A stretch of 64,000 nucleotides of DNA from Microthyrium microscopicum. Its lineage: Eukaryota. The stretch's first letter is position 1, and the number at the start of each line of letters is the position of its first letter. The position numbers and the translations under genes were made by a program. Of the stretch, positions 24,850-37,338 are shown piece by piece. The stretch spans positions 496,001-560,000 of the forward strand of contig MU004241.1 in NCBI GenBank assembly GCA_010405405.1, in the 5' to 3' direction. The notes under the pieces were generated by a model, which worked only from the letters and a program-made list of their open reading frames with translations, did no database searches and was not told the DNA's origin.

Positions 24850-26463
24850 GTTGACTGTGAAAGAAGAGGTTGGCGTGTATAGTAGGGTATGGATGAGAGG
24901 AAAGTGAGCAGAGGAGAGGAGAGAGAGTTGTTAGGTAGAAATGCAAAGGATTGGAGGCCGGTTTATGGGTTTATGTAGCAGCTTGGAGATGAAGTGGATG
25001 GATGTTGGTGGATTTGAAGGCGCTGCAAGTTTAGCGTTGACGGGAGGACGCGAGTGGTCCAGTGGTCGCGAGCAAAAGACCAGACCACAAGTGGCAATAA
25101 GAACCAAGCACTTGAGTGACGTTTCTTGCACTGCCTCGTTTTTAACTCTACCTTAACAGGTACTATCTGCAAAACCAGTAAAGGAACCGGGCCTTATTGG
25201 ACAATCAGGGGCTCCCTCATAACTGGAATCTGGAACTCATTCCATAATCATTCCTTGAGCCGTTTTGGATCCCAACATTACCAAGGGAAGAGGTCTTGGA
25301 CCTTCAGTATTGAGTCTGGCTATAACACAGCCTCATAGCGTTCGAGTAAGGAACTTCTCAGACACTCGGCAAGTAGCAACTCAACATTTGAAGCTGGCAG
25401 GGAATTCCTTCCTCCTGCCATAAGGCCGAATTACTCCCTTAGTTTCCAATGTTTGAGCCCTCTATCAAAGCTACCTGGGTACAACCGCGCTCTTGCCCAT
25501 CGAATGTGATAAAAGTTTGATAATTCATCAAATGCGTTCAACCGTCGCCAGTATGTTAGTCATTTTACAAAAGATATCAGATATCTAATTGATACCTGCC
25601 ATTCTTTGCCAATCCTTCAGTCGATCACCAGCACACTGACACTGCTATCAACACTCTCTCAAAACGGCAGCTACCGATGCGCTTGGCCTCACAACTCCTC
25701 CACAGATTAATTCAACCTCCCGTAATTCGCATTTTGGCTTAGACCAAAGGCTTTGCAAGGCTTGAAAGCTGTGTTTTCCCTTGTAATCATTTCCAAGTCA
25801 TTCGTCGTGTGCCTCGTCATTTAACCGACCGCAGCTTCTTGGAGGCGCAATATTGGATGGATTCGCGGACCACAGCGATAAACAACCAACCCCCTTTGAA
25901 TTCTACAGTAAAATCAAATTATTTGAGAAGCAAGGTCAACAGCAGCTGATCTGATGTTCTCCGCAATTCGCCCTTTCCAACAACTTGTATTTGTGCATCA
26001 CTTCCGCAGCGAACTGCAAGCATGAGAATTACTAGTAGGTACTAGTACTATTAATACTTACCATCAATCCTATGCTCATCATGTCTTGACTGGAGAACAT
26101 CCCAAATGTGACTTCCAATGACAAATGTGCTTGTAGGCGAAAAATTTGTAGTCGCTGAATGAGGAAGCCTCAGCATTGAGCATCCTTCAACCCCTTTAAA
26201 TTTCTGCTCTACTGTATGGTAACTTGAGAAGCTGAGGTCGGGAAAGTTTTAAACTTTAGAGAAAGGGACCAGACTTGAGTGAGACCAAGATGACCTCAGT
26301 GTTGCGTTCTCGTCGTCAAAAGCAGTGGCTACCATTCCGTCCTATCCAGAGTGCAATCTCCCAGCGGGTTGCATAATCAATCCCCTACATGTAATATTCA
26401 ATGGAGAAAAAAGCGCAATCATTGGTTTCTTGGTAGAAAATGCAGGAGGTTCTGTAACTTCAC

Positions 26464-26699
26464 CTCTCGAGGGACAAAATAAGTGAGCCGTCTGGACAAC
26501 TACTCCCATCGATTGCGATGACTGCCATAACACTTCCTAAAGAGTGAGTACTTTGATTGCCGTCGTACTTGATAAGTTAAGATGAGTTTGACGACGCTGG
26601 TGGGAACCAGAGCAATCGCTCTTTGAGAAGTGTTATGGCAGCCATCGTAATCGATGGGAGTAGTGGTCGAAACGGCTCATGTATTTTGTCCCTCGAGAG
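26464..26699. mobile_element. MITE-like fold-back element, copy 1
   Basis: About 80-bp imperfect terminal inverted repeats (CTCTCGAGGGACAAAATAAGTGAGCCGT... / ...ACGGCTCATGTATTTTGTCCCTCGAGAG), non-coding; homologous to 48566-48790. Confidence 0.75.
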
Positions 26700-26953
26700 T
26701 TCACTTCAACAATGTCGAAGTGAAAGCAGAACCCCTGCATCTCTCAGATGGAATGCAAAATGCACGTGCACAACCTTACCTCCAGTCTAGTCCAGTCTAG
26801 CCAGAAGCTGTTGATTATCAACTCTTGCCTCAGACTTCAATACTTCAAACCATCACACCACAAACACCACATCCATTAACTTGGAACATCCTTCAAAAGC
26901 TACTCAAATCCATTCCATTACTTCACGCGCCTGGTTGCGCCTTACCGCTCACG

Positions 26954-28058
26954 ATGGATTACATGGATATGGACACCGGCGACAACGAACCAGCCATCAA
27001 CGTTCGCGATGTACTACAGCTCCAAACCTGAGCGCATCGCATCAAAGCTAACTCTCCGTAGTCAAACGACCTTAACGTAAACTTCATTCTCCGAAATGTC
27101 GACCTCTCCCTCGCCAACTCCCTACGACGCGTCGTTCAATCCGAAGTCCCCACCATGGCCATAGATCTCGTCGAAATCGAATCAAACACCTCTGTCCTCC
27201 CCGACGAATTCATAGCACATCGCTTAGGTCTCATACCACTGACGTCCGGTAATATCGAGAAAGTACAGTACTCGCGAGATTGCGACTGCGACGATTATTG
27301 CGAAAAATGTAGCGTCACTCTGTCGCTGGATGCGCGCTGCACGGATGAACGTTCAAATATGCACCTCTATTCGCGCGATTTCATGGTTAGCAACCGCGCG
27401 GACTTGAGTGTGGGAAATCCGGTCATTCGCGACCCACAAGGCAAAGGTATTCTCATCGCCAAGTTGCGCAAAGGACAGGAGATCAAGATGAAGTGTATTG
27501 CAAAGAAGGGTATTGCAAAGGAGCATGCCAAATGGATGCCTACAGCAGCAGTTGGCTTCGAATATGATCCCAACAACTTATTAAGACATCTGGACTTATG
27601 GTACGAGGAGAATGCGAAAGAAGAATGGTAAGTTTTCATGTTGAGAACTAATAACACCTCAGCTAATCAATTCTCTCCCCAGGCCAGTCAGCGAGAACGG
27701 TAAACTCGAGCCGACTCAAGAAGAGCAAGAAGTATTCGATTTCGATGCCACACCAAACCGCTTCTACGTAAATCTCGAGACCGTCGGGGGCGTCGAAGCT
27801 GACCGCTGCTTCCAACAAGGCATCACGGTGCTACAAAACAAACTCGCTGATATCATCTCCGCCCTATCTCCCGAACTAGCCAACAACAACCCAGTCGACG
27901 ACTATCAACCGCGCTCACCAGGTGCCGGAGGAGACGATTACGGTAACGGCACATCCTATGGAGGAGGCTTCTCGACTCACGGACCTGGTGCGCAGAGTTC
28001 ATACGGAGGACAGCGTACAGAGTATGCCGGTATGACCTCGTATGGTGGGAACTACTGA
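26954..28058 (+). CDS. RPB3: RNA polymerase II subunit 3
   Basis: [54 protein letters not shown] zinc motif, [12 protein letters not shown]; two introns. Confidence 0.97.
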
Positions 28059-28582
28059 AGCACAGAAAGCGGCGGATTTGTATTCTATCACACCGGATAC
28101 TGGCCTCCAGCAAGGAGATTGTTTGCATCAGCAAGGCGTTGGGATTAAGGCATAATCACTAGGTATTTAAGCGAACAAAGCCACCGGCTATCGTCTCGCC
28201 GCATGGATGCATGGATGAGCTTACTTAAGAAAAGAACCTTTGAAAAAACTTACTGTAACTATAGACAATTTCAGAGGAATTTGCATGACCATCAAACCTG
28301 GCCCGTTCTGTATGAACTTTTGATTCTAAAGTGCTATGTTACATTATATTTTGACATTTCTGCGATTTCTCCCAACATCCGTTGGCCCGCATACTAGCCA
28401 TCTCACACCGGAAAGGAGATTGTGCCTAAACTATATACACTGGAATATATGCTGCTAAACGCCCCAAGACAGCGATGAATCCACCAACCGTTCGCGAATG
28501 CCAGTGTATAAGCAAAAGATCGTAGAGCCTTTATATCAACATCCACCTGCGCCTATTACTTCCCATTCCCCTCCTTGCCATG

Positions 28583-29373
28583 CTACGAGTTCTTGACCAC
28601 ACCAACCTGCGCAGCCCGCAACACGCGCCCATTAAGCGTATAACCCTTCTGCTGTGTATGGAATACTACGCCGTCCGTCTTATCCGGCTGCGGCGCCATA
28701 AAAACAGCCTCGTGCTTATTTGGGTCAAACTTTTCTTCCTCCACAGCAGGATCGAAGCGCACTACGCCATGTCTCTTCAGCGTTTGTAGCATCACATTGT
28801 CTATCATTTGCAATCCTTGGTGTAGGTTCACTAGATCTTTGTGGCCTTCGACTGGATCGCTGGGTGGCGAAGCGACGCGTTCGGCGGGGACGGCGCGGAG
28901 GGCATGTTCGAGGTTGTCGAGAGAGGAGAGGAGATCTTTGGTGAACTTTTGGAGGGCGAAATCGCGAGCGTCTTGAACTTCGCGCTTGGTGCGTTCTTGG
29001 AGGTTGCGGTAGTCGGCTACGGAGCGGAGGAGTTTGTCCTAAAGCATTTTAGCATATTCTAGGGGGAAAAGAGTGTAGAGCGTACTTTAAGGTCGACGAC
29101 TTCTTTATTTTTGGCTTCAACGTCTTTCTTTAATGTGTCAATTTCGGATGGTTGAGCAGTTTCGCCTTCAGGTTGAGCTTCGCTCGAGGGCTTTGTTTCG
29201 GGGGCATCGGAGTACCATCTTAATGATTGCGGTAGCCTTGATGCTGCTATCCGCGCTGTGGAAGGGAAGGCTCTTGATGGTATTGAGGCTTGTGATAGGA
29301 GTTGAGATCTGGGGGATAGATGGGCAATTGAGCCGGTGGTTCTTGCGGCTCGCAGCATGCCTCGTGATAACAT
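28583..29373 (-). CDS. MGE1: Mitochondrial GrpE nucleotide exchange factor
   Basis: Arg/Ser-rich presequence, LRSVADYRNLQER, FDPNKHEAVF and GYTLNGRVLRAAQVGVVK; one intron. Confidence 0.95.
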
Positions 29374-29884
29374 AGTGTATGAATAGATATGAAGAAGGCT
29401 GTGTAAAAGGGAAGATGAGTGGTGGCGGATGAAAGTTGGATTGAAGATGGTTGTCGTGTGCCTGTTGAATGGTGTCTGGAGTCGCAAAGCCTTTCAGAAA
29501 ATGTTCTTTCAAGAGCTATGACCACCGCTTCCAGCCGCCTCTCAAAGTTGCAGGGGTTCACAAGTATGAGCTCGTGATCCTGCCTCAAGTGCTTGTATCT
29601 TCAAACCGACATCATGAAGGAACACTCCGCCTTCTTACAATTCTCTCGAGCTTTCTCCGGTACCGATACCTGAGTCTGCTCACATCTGACGAGCGTATCC
29701 TCTGATCGGAAGTGTCTCGAGTTCCCTTGAACTGTCAAGGTCGTCACTTTGAACATCCGAGTCAACAGCCAGGGTCCAACGGCTATCTCCTCAACTTCCT
29801 GCCTCTCGTTTACCATTACGATCTTTACAACATACCTCAAGTTATTTTCACCATAATCAACAACTTTGCAGAATACGATTTATC

Positions 29885-31241
29885 ATGCCGGCAAAAGCAG
29901 TAGTCCCCTTCTTGGTGGCTATGATGCTGTTGACTGGCGTCTGCAACACATTGCTCACCAAGTATCAAGTCAGTCTAATCCAAACCTCATTTATACAAAT
30001 GCTAATCTTTAGGTAGGACATGCAATGTGTAAGAAACTGCGATGTCAAAAGTCACAAGAAGCCAGTCTTCTTCGAACAACCCGTCATACAAACGCTTCAG
30101 ATGTTCATTGGTGAAATGGGATGTTGGCTCGTCATTGCTGTCTACCAGCTACATCTCTGGGTGCAGAAGAAACGAGGTGTACACCCTGAGGCCTCCGAGG
30201 CAGAACCACTTCTGGCCGATAGCGACGATACACTTCAAGACGAAGACCCACTATCCTCGTCCCTTGTACTTCCTCATGATGGCCGCGAACATCTCGAAGG
30301 TTGGAGGGTACTGCTCCTTGCTCTACCTGCATGCTGCGATATCACTGGCACTACATTGATGAACGTCGGTCTACTGTTTGTGGCAGCAAGCATATATCAA
30401 ATGACTAGGGGAGCATTGGTTCTCTTTGTCGGACTCTTCAGTGTCATATTCTTGAAACGTCGCCTCGGACTGTACAAGTGGTTCGCTCTGTTTGTCGTCG
30501 TTTCTGGTGTCGCTGTTGTGGGACTCGCTGGCGTGATTACCAAAGACGATAAAGCTACTCCGTCTGCGATGGCCGCCATCATGAACGAGATCAAGTCAAC
30601 TCTTGCCGATGAGGTACCGGAAGCAGGACCGAATCTGGCATTACGCACTCTTCTTGGAGTGTTCCTGATTGCTATCGCTCAGATTTTCACTGCGACCCAG
30701 TTCGTGATAGAGGAGAGCATCATGGAGAAGTACTCACTTGAGCCACTGAAGGCAGTCGGCTGGGAAGGAATCTGGGGCTTTGTTGTCACATCCATCGGCA
30801 TGGTTATTCTCCATTTCGCCTATGGACAGACTGATGCTGGCCGATATGGCTACTTTGATGCGAAGGAAGGTCTGCGAGAAGTGTTCCACCACCGAGCAAT
30901 TGCTGTGAGCAGTGTCCTCATCATGATCAGCATTGGGTAAGTCACACTCTGAAAACTTTGAGCAAAGAGAAACTAACAATCCTGATAGTGGTTTCAACTT
31001 CTTCGGCCTCTCAGTCACACGAACAGTGTCTGCCACTTCAAGATCAACAATCGACACTTGCCGGACGCTCTTCATCTGGGTTGTATCTCTAGGCCTTGGC
31101 TGGGAAACATTCAAGTGGCTCCAGGTAGTCGGCTTTGCGCTACTAGTATACGGCACGTTCTTGTTCAACGATCTTGTGCGCCCGCCCATGGCTGCTTGTC
31201 TTCCCAAAGATGACGAGACCGGCGAAGACATGTTAGATTGA
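29885..31241 (+). CDS. SLC35F6-like / nucleotide-sugar transporter family membrane protein
   Basis: MLLTGVCNTLLTKYQ|DMQCV, FEQPVIQTLQMFIGEMGC, PACCDITGTTLMNVGL, SIYQMTRGA, VGWEG and SATSRSTIDTCRT. Confidence 0.88.
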
Positions 31242-31340
31242 TTCACCCGCTGCCATAACATACACAAGTGTACAATAATATTATATTTCATTTAGGAGGC
31301 AGATTCATTAGGTGATTCGTTTTGTTTTGTTTTCCACTTC

Positions 31341-34300
31341 TCAAGGTAGTGTAAAGTCCCAAATACTTTGCACTGTAACATTATCCGCCCATCCCCAGGG
31401 GATCTTTCCATTGTCTTCATGGACTTCATACTTGACAATCATCGGAAGATCTGGCGACACCCAGAACCCATTGTTGTCAAAGGTAACCAAGACATCGGCA
31501 GGATAGTCCAACCAAACCCACGCAGCAACACCACTGGTTGCTTTGATAACAAACTTTAGCTCCTTGGGAACATGTGTAAGTTTCAAACCCGGATCAACGA
31601 TCTTAGCACTTGAAAGGAATGTTGGCGTAAACCAATTGCGGTGCCTATAAAACTTCGTCGGCGCAGTATTCGGTGGTAGTTCCGCCAGCCACATGTAAGT
31701 TTCCATCATTAGCACTGCATTCTTGAGATCAATGCCGTTGAGCGTGTCGCTGAGATTCCAGCTGCCGATCCTGGTGCTGTTGATGGCGCCGACGGTGACG
31801 TTTACATCCTTAGGAAAGTTTTGTGTTAGGTTCAGGGGCTTGCCTTTCCAGTCGTACCACTCCATGTGCAACTTTCCTGCGACTGGAACGAAGAGGTCGG
31901 ATGTGACATAGACCTCAAGCTTTTGATCTTCGAGATTGTAGAATGGTGATACGATGACGTTTTGATACAGATCTTTTGCTCGGTAGTGCAGCACTTTCCA
32001 GCGTCCACCGTATTCGATTCCAGCCCACGTGGGCGCTTGCCAGATGTCTTCAAGTTGCCAGTAAAGAGAACCGAGTTGGCGTTCGGGCATGCCGCTGCCT
32101 CGGCGGTAGAATTGGATTTGCGAGCCATAGTAGTCGGCCTGGAAGATCTGGCTTGCGAGACACAATGCTGCAAATTGCGCTGCTGGATCTGTCTTGTTTG
32201 GTATTGGGTAGTAGGTACTGTGAGCTTGTGTCATTTCAAGCATGCCACCACGCGCTGCGTTGAGATTCTTTTCAGGACCACCAGGTGGAGGGTGGTGATT
32301 TCTGAGAATGACGACCTCGGATTCCCAGCTCAAGTCTTTCTCATCCACAGCTTGTCGCCAGGTGTGTATAGATGGCATAGAGTGAAAGCCAAACTCATTA
32401 GAGAATCGTCCAACAGGGTACCTGGTAAAGTCAAATGCCACTGTAGAATCGTAGTTGTAGTAATCTATTGTTGTAAGTATGGGCAGCTCTTCTGTACCAA
32501 GCCTTGTACTCACCTGTATCCCCATATATTTCTCCGGCGGTGGTATTGTAATACCTTTGGGTGATAGGTTGTGGGCGACTGAAATCTAGCTTGGACCAAC
32601 CGTTTGACGTGCTGCTTGGTGTGTATGAGATACTTCGTGAGTTTTCGAAGACTGTTACTCCGAGTATGTCCAAGAACAAGGTTTCGTACTCTGCGAAGTA
32701 TCTTGTACTATTCTCCGAACCTTGGACTTGTCTCACTAGCGTTTGTTAGTTCTGTTGTGCATGGAGTACACTTGATAGTCTAGGTGAACACTTGGTACAG
32801 TGCTCGCTCAAATCATCAAACAATGGGCCATAGACCATTTTTACTTACGTTCCAAGTTTTCAAGCTCGTTCCCACCAGCCCAAAGAGCAAGAGATGCTGA
32901 TCAAGGTTAGATTGGGACCATTTTATGTCGAGCCAAACTCACGATGATGGTTTATTCTTCGAACTTGATAAACTGCTTCTTCTTTGCAATTGTTGAGGAA
33001 TTCCTTGTCGACCGGGTACAGCGCATCGCCAAAGTTGAACTCTGACCAAAGTAGAACACCAAGTTCTATTGATTGTTTAGTACATGTCTTCTGAAGAAGA
33101 GTGTGAACTTACCATCAGCGATATCATAGATGAAATCGGGCAAATATGCACCAGAGGCCCACACTCGCAGCATGTTCTGATTGCCTTTGACTACAGCATC
33201 AAAGAGTAGTTCCATCTTGTCTCGGGTAACTCGAGTCCAAAATGCGTCTGGAGGTATAAAATTGGAACCTTTCGCATAGAACTCTTTGCCATTGATCTCG
33301 AAATGCCAATTGGCTCCTGGGGCAACTCCTTTGGCCAATTGATCAGGCCGGATTGGTTCTTGATTTAGCAATATGGTGCGGAATCCGATTTTCCTTGTTA
33401 CCGAGGAAATAGACTTCTTTCCCTCTTGAGCAATAGTGAGACGTAAAGAATATAGAGTTTGATTGCCTAGACCAGTGGGCCACCATAGATTGACAAAGTC
33501 CTTTGCAATTACTGTTGAGCCCGTGATAGTATTGGACGCCTGAATCACGTTCGTCAATTTGCCTTCCGTGACCAGTTGCTTTTTCTGATCAAAGAGTGCA
33601 AATTCGAGATGAGCGTCTTTTGGAAGTGATCCCAGGTAATCAAGACTAGCATTGACGACCCAATTCTTCGATTGATCGGGTACCAAGAGAGGTACTTGGT
33701 TCTCTCGATAGACATCGACCAGTACATTGCGGATGTGAACATCGAACGGCGGAATCTCGACAAGATACGCGGGCTGCCATGTTCCAGTTGGAGAGAAAGC
33801 CGGCCCCCAATCCCAGCCAAAATCGTTTTGTTCTTTGCGAATAAATTGACGATGTTCGAATTCGAAAAGTCCTTCGACTCCTGGCGGCCAAGTTTCTTGA
33901 CCGGGTATCTTTGATATCTTCTCGGAAATCTCAACCGCATTGCCAAAGTTTATGCTTAGCGTTGGTTTGCCAGAGCAATTCTTGAATATGTTGGTGACAT
34001 CAAACCAGTATTGCCTGAACTGGTTATTGGTAGCTGCCACATGCTTTCCACAAAGCTCAATACTGGTGAAGGTATCGAGTCCATTGAACAAGAGCCAAGC
34101 TGACGCCCCTGATGCGGGTTTGGATATTTCTGCTGAATAAGTCCAGTTTGGTTTGATGACCCAGCGTAAATCGTAGTCGTTCAGACCATGGTATGGATCA
34201 CCAATGATCCCGGCTGCTTGAAGGTCAAGATGGACGGCCCCGGGTATCTTTGCTGGCACGGATATATTGGCTGGAGTGCTCGCCAGATTCCATTTGAAGG

Positions 34301-34385
34301 TCGAAAGATCAGTGACCTTTGTGGAGGCCTTGACTGGTAGAATCAGAGCTACCAGAGCCGATATCCAGGCCTTGAGGTTCGCCAT
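31341..34385 (-). CDS. Secreted GH2 beta-mannosidase
   Basis: Signal peptide [64 protein letters not shown] (acid/base), [10 protein letters not shown] (nucleophile) and [13 protein letters not shown]. Confidence 0.93.
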
Positions 34386-37338
34386 GGTGAACAGCGCTCG
34401 TCGTAGAAGGCATGACATGAAGCTCTGCTCAGACAAGTAGAGGACTATAACAAATGAAATTCCAATCAATGCCGCCAGGGCAGGCGTGGCTCGCCATTGG
34501 CGGGTGCTCCTGGGAGCAAGCACATGTGGATGGCCATTCTTGTATCCCATGAATGCCAGTCAGGAAAGTGCAGTACTAACATATACACACTGCTGTGATA
34601 TGCTAGAGTAAGTACTCTGTACAAGACCATTCAATACGTGAACTTAGCTCGCGAAGCTACAAGGAAGTTGGAGCAAGTTGCATGAAGACCAGCCCTTATC
34701 GGGAAAGTACATGCGAAGCTCGTGTCAACCGCGTGCTCCAAAGATCTGATGTGCCTGCCATTTCTTCTGTCCTCACCCCTCAAGTCTCCTTACGTGTTTA
34801 CATGTCCTTTTCTTACAATTGCAAATTGTATCATGCATGTATAGTCGAGATCTCAAGAAGGAACAGAAGCAAAGAGCTTGCTTGAATGAGCGAGGTACAC
34901 CTGCAAGCGCCATCAACATCGAACCTACCCGAAAGCATTGCACCCTCTTGATTGGGCTTTAACCTTGGCCCCCAAAGTCAAAATCGACGACCTTCAACGT
35001 GGGCTTGATCCTCATACTCAATTATCAGGACGAACAAATGACCAATGTCATGCTTCGGGGTCCGCCGCGGACCTGGTATGCCTCTCACCGTGTTCAGTCT
35101 GACAACCCTATTCTGTCCATCTATGATGTAGGGTTTCAAGATTTCAATATTCTCACTTTACTGATCACCTTATATGCTGTGGTCAATGCCATCGACAGGC
35201 TCTGCGGAGACTGTACCCTGTACGAACGTTGATAGACTCCTGAGGCTAAGTTCCGTCGCTAAAATTAGACTGACACGATGAGTTTATATGAACTCTGTCG
35301 CACCCAGATAACAGGTCCTATGTGGCACATCAATCAAATCTTCCAGAATAATCTTACAGTTCTCGAACGATGGCACAGTTGTGATATTGAGCTAATTGAC
35401 TTTCCCTGCTACCATCAGTTAAGTCATTCGTCTGTTGTTAAGTCCCCCATGTTCACAGGGCATGCTTGACATCTGAAGGACCAACTCTCATCCCCACCCG
35501 GCATCAGGTGCTTCTTCCCTATGGATTGCGATACCCAAGGGTGTTGAGTGAGAGAATAGGTTTATTCCCAAATCAAATCGTTATATGCGCAGTTGAAATC
35601 GAACTCTGCGCTGTATACCTTCTCACTAGAATGCTAGTGTCCACGGAGTAATATGTAAAGACTCCAACTAACCAAATTGCAGTTTTTTTGCATCAGATCC
35701 TACTCTTATCATGGGCCATAGTGCATTTCAATAATGAGCTGACAAATCCTAGAAATGAGGGTGATTGATTTGCGACTTGCTGATTCGTGAAGGAAGGAAT
35801 GCACCCTTTTCTTAAAATGATGCAAGGTCTACAGCCATTGTGGGGATATCAAACATTCTCAACGCTTGCTCAAAGATACCATGTCTTGAAATGAACGAAG
35901 GAATGACTCGATGACTCGGAATAGACATTTCATGTCAAGGATCAGAGGGCATTATTTTTTGTGAAGAGGAACAAAGTGTACAATGACGAATGCTACTGCT
36001 GGGACCACCATTTGACCCGGTTGGGAATTATGAGAGAAATCTAGCGAGTTAAATCGAGTTTAGGAAGACTTGATTGGTTTTTAACCATAGTGTATACTGC
36101 GTTTATAGTAGACTATATTGCTAAACTCCTATTTTAAGCTCATGAAGTGTGCTAGGTAAACACACCATTCCTATAACGCGGAGACATGTCCTTAAACATG
36201 CAAATGCCCAAAATCACATTAGCATACTAGCAGTTTAGGTTGAGCGCATTGTGTTGTCGAACCTGGACCGGACCGTGGTGATAGCAGCCCGATGGTCGAG
36301 TGCTCTATCTCTTGCCAACAGATCTGATGCATCGATATGATCTAGTGATTTGTATTCTGCCACTGACTGTTACTCTTGATTGATTGACCAGGCAAGCACT
36401 TGAGCCAAGTTCCAAGGTTGATAACGAGATTTCCAGAGGTCATATCCGACCTGCTTGGAACTTGAACCGCGAACCATCAGCCTTGTCACAATCCACGTCT
36501 TTTTTTCTCTCTTCCTTGAGTATCCGTAGTGTTACTTGCTGGGTACTTTCTTTTCCAGGAGCCGGTCACCACTGCGCCAGTACGGAGTAAAGATGCTAGA
36601 GCTCTCCTAAGGCGTTGTCAACATTTTTTCTCTCGCGTCCACAAGCCTCCTTTGTCGGCGCCAAACCATTTTCGACCCACCAACAGCACCCACACAAGGT
36701 GGAGACGTTTAGATCCCAAAAGTTCTCGCGTCGCCCCGCGTTCTGGCAGACTGGCAGCGTGTTTTACGAATCATCAGGCAGCGCCTGAACGTCTTCGCAG
36801 CGCCGCTGAGCGCCATCGCAACGCCAGATCCAAAAGGTACGGCCTTGCCTCGGGTCTCTGTCACTGTAATTCGTCCCCTTCCTATTGACCTTGACAAAGA
36901 CTTGACAATTTCCTGTGCCAATTCTTGAAAAGATACCAAGATTGAAAAGGCCAAGATTGAGAGAAGGCGTCGCCGTATCCGGACTTTAGAGCTGTTCCCG
37001 AAAGAGTAATTCCGCGCTCCTTATCCGTATTGGAAATCGCCGACAGTTTTGTTGTTCATTGTTCAAGGCAAACCTGGTCCATTTCTGGCTGCAGCTGTAC
37101 ATCTTTCTGTGTCCACCTGAGCACATTTGGAGTCTTGCGCAACTTGATCCGCCTTCCAACTTCCGTGACCCCACCCGATCCTACGACATACTTCCTCAAA
37201 CACCGCACGACATACTAGGACCGCCCCTTTGGATCCTAGGATACAATCAGCTGCTGTGCGAACTACCTGGCTGTCGCTGTTTTGCTCACTGGATCCACAC
37301 TGACTTCAGGGCGACTGGCAGAGTTGACACCCGGAACC

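Noticed and set aside
25200..26150. Possible decayed minus-strand gene with intron-like GTAAGT..TTGCAG signals
   Set aside because: Frequent stops in the frames examined and no recognisable family.
34600..37300. Long intergenic region with small ORFs upstream of the ASG1-like TF
   Set aside because: Consistent with a divergent promoter and long 5' UTR; no supportable gene, RNA or repeat found.
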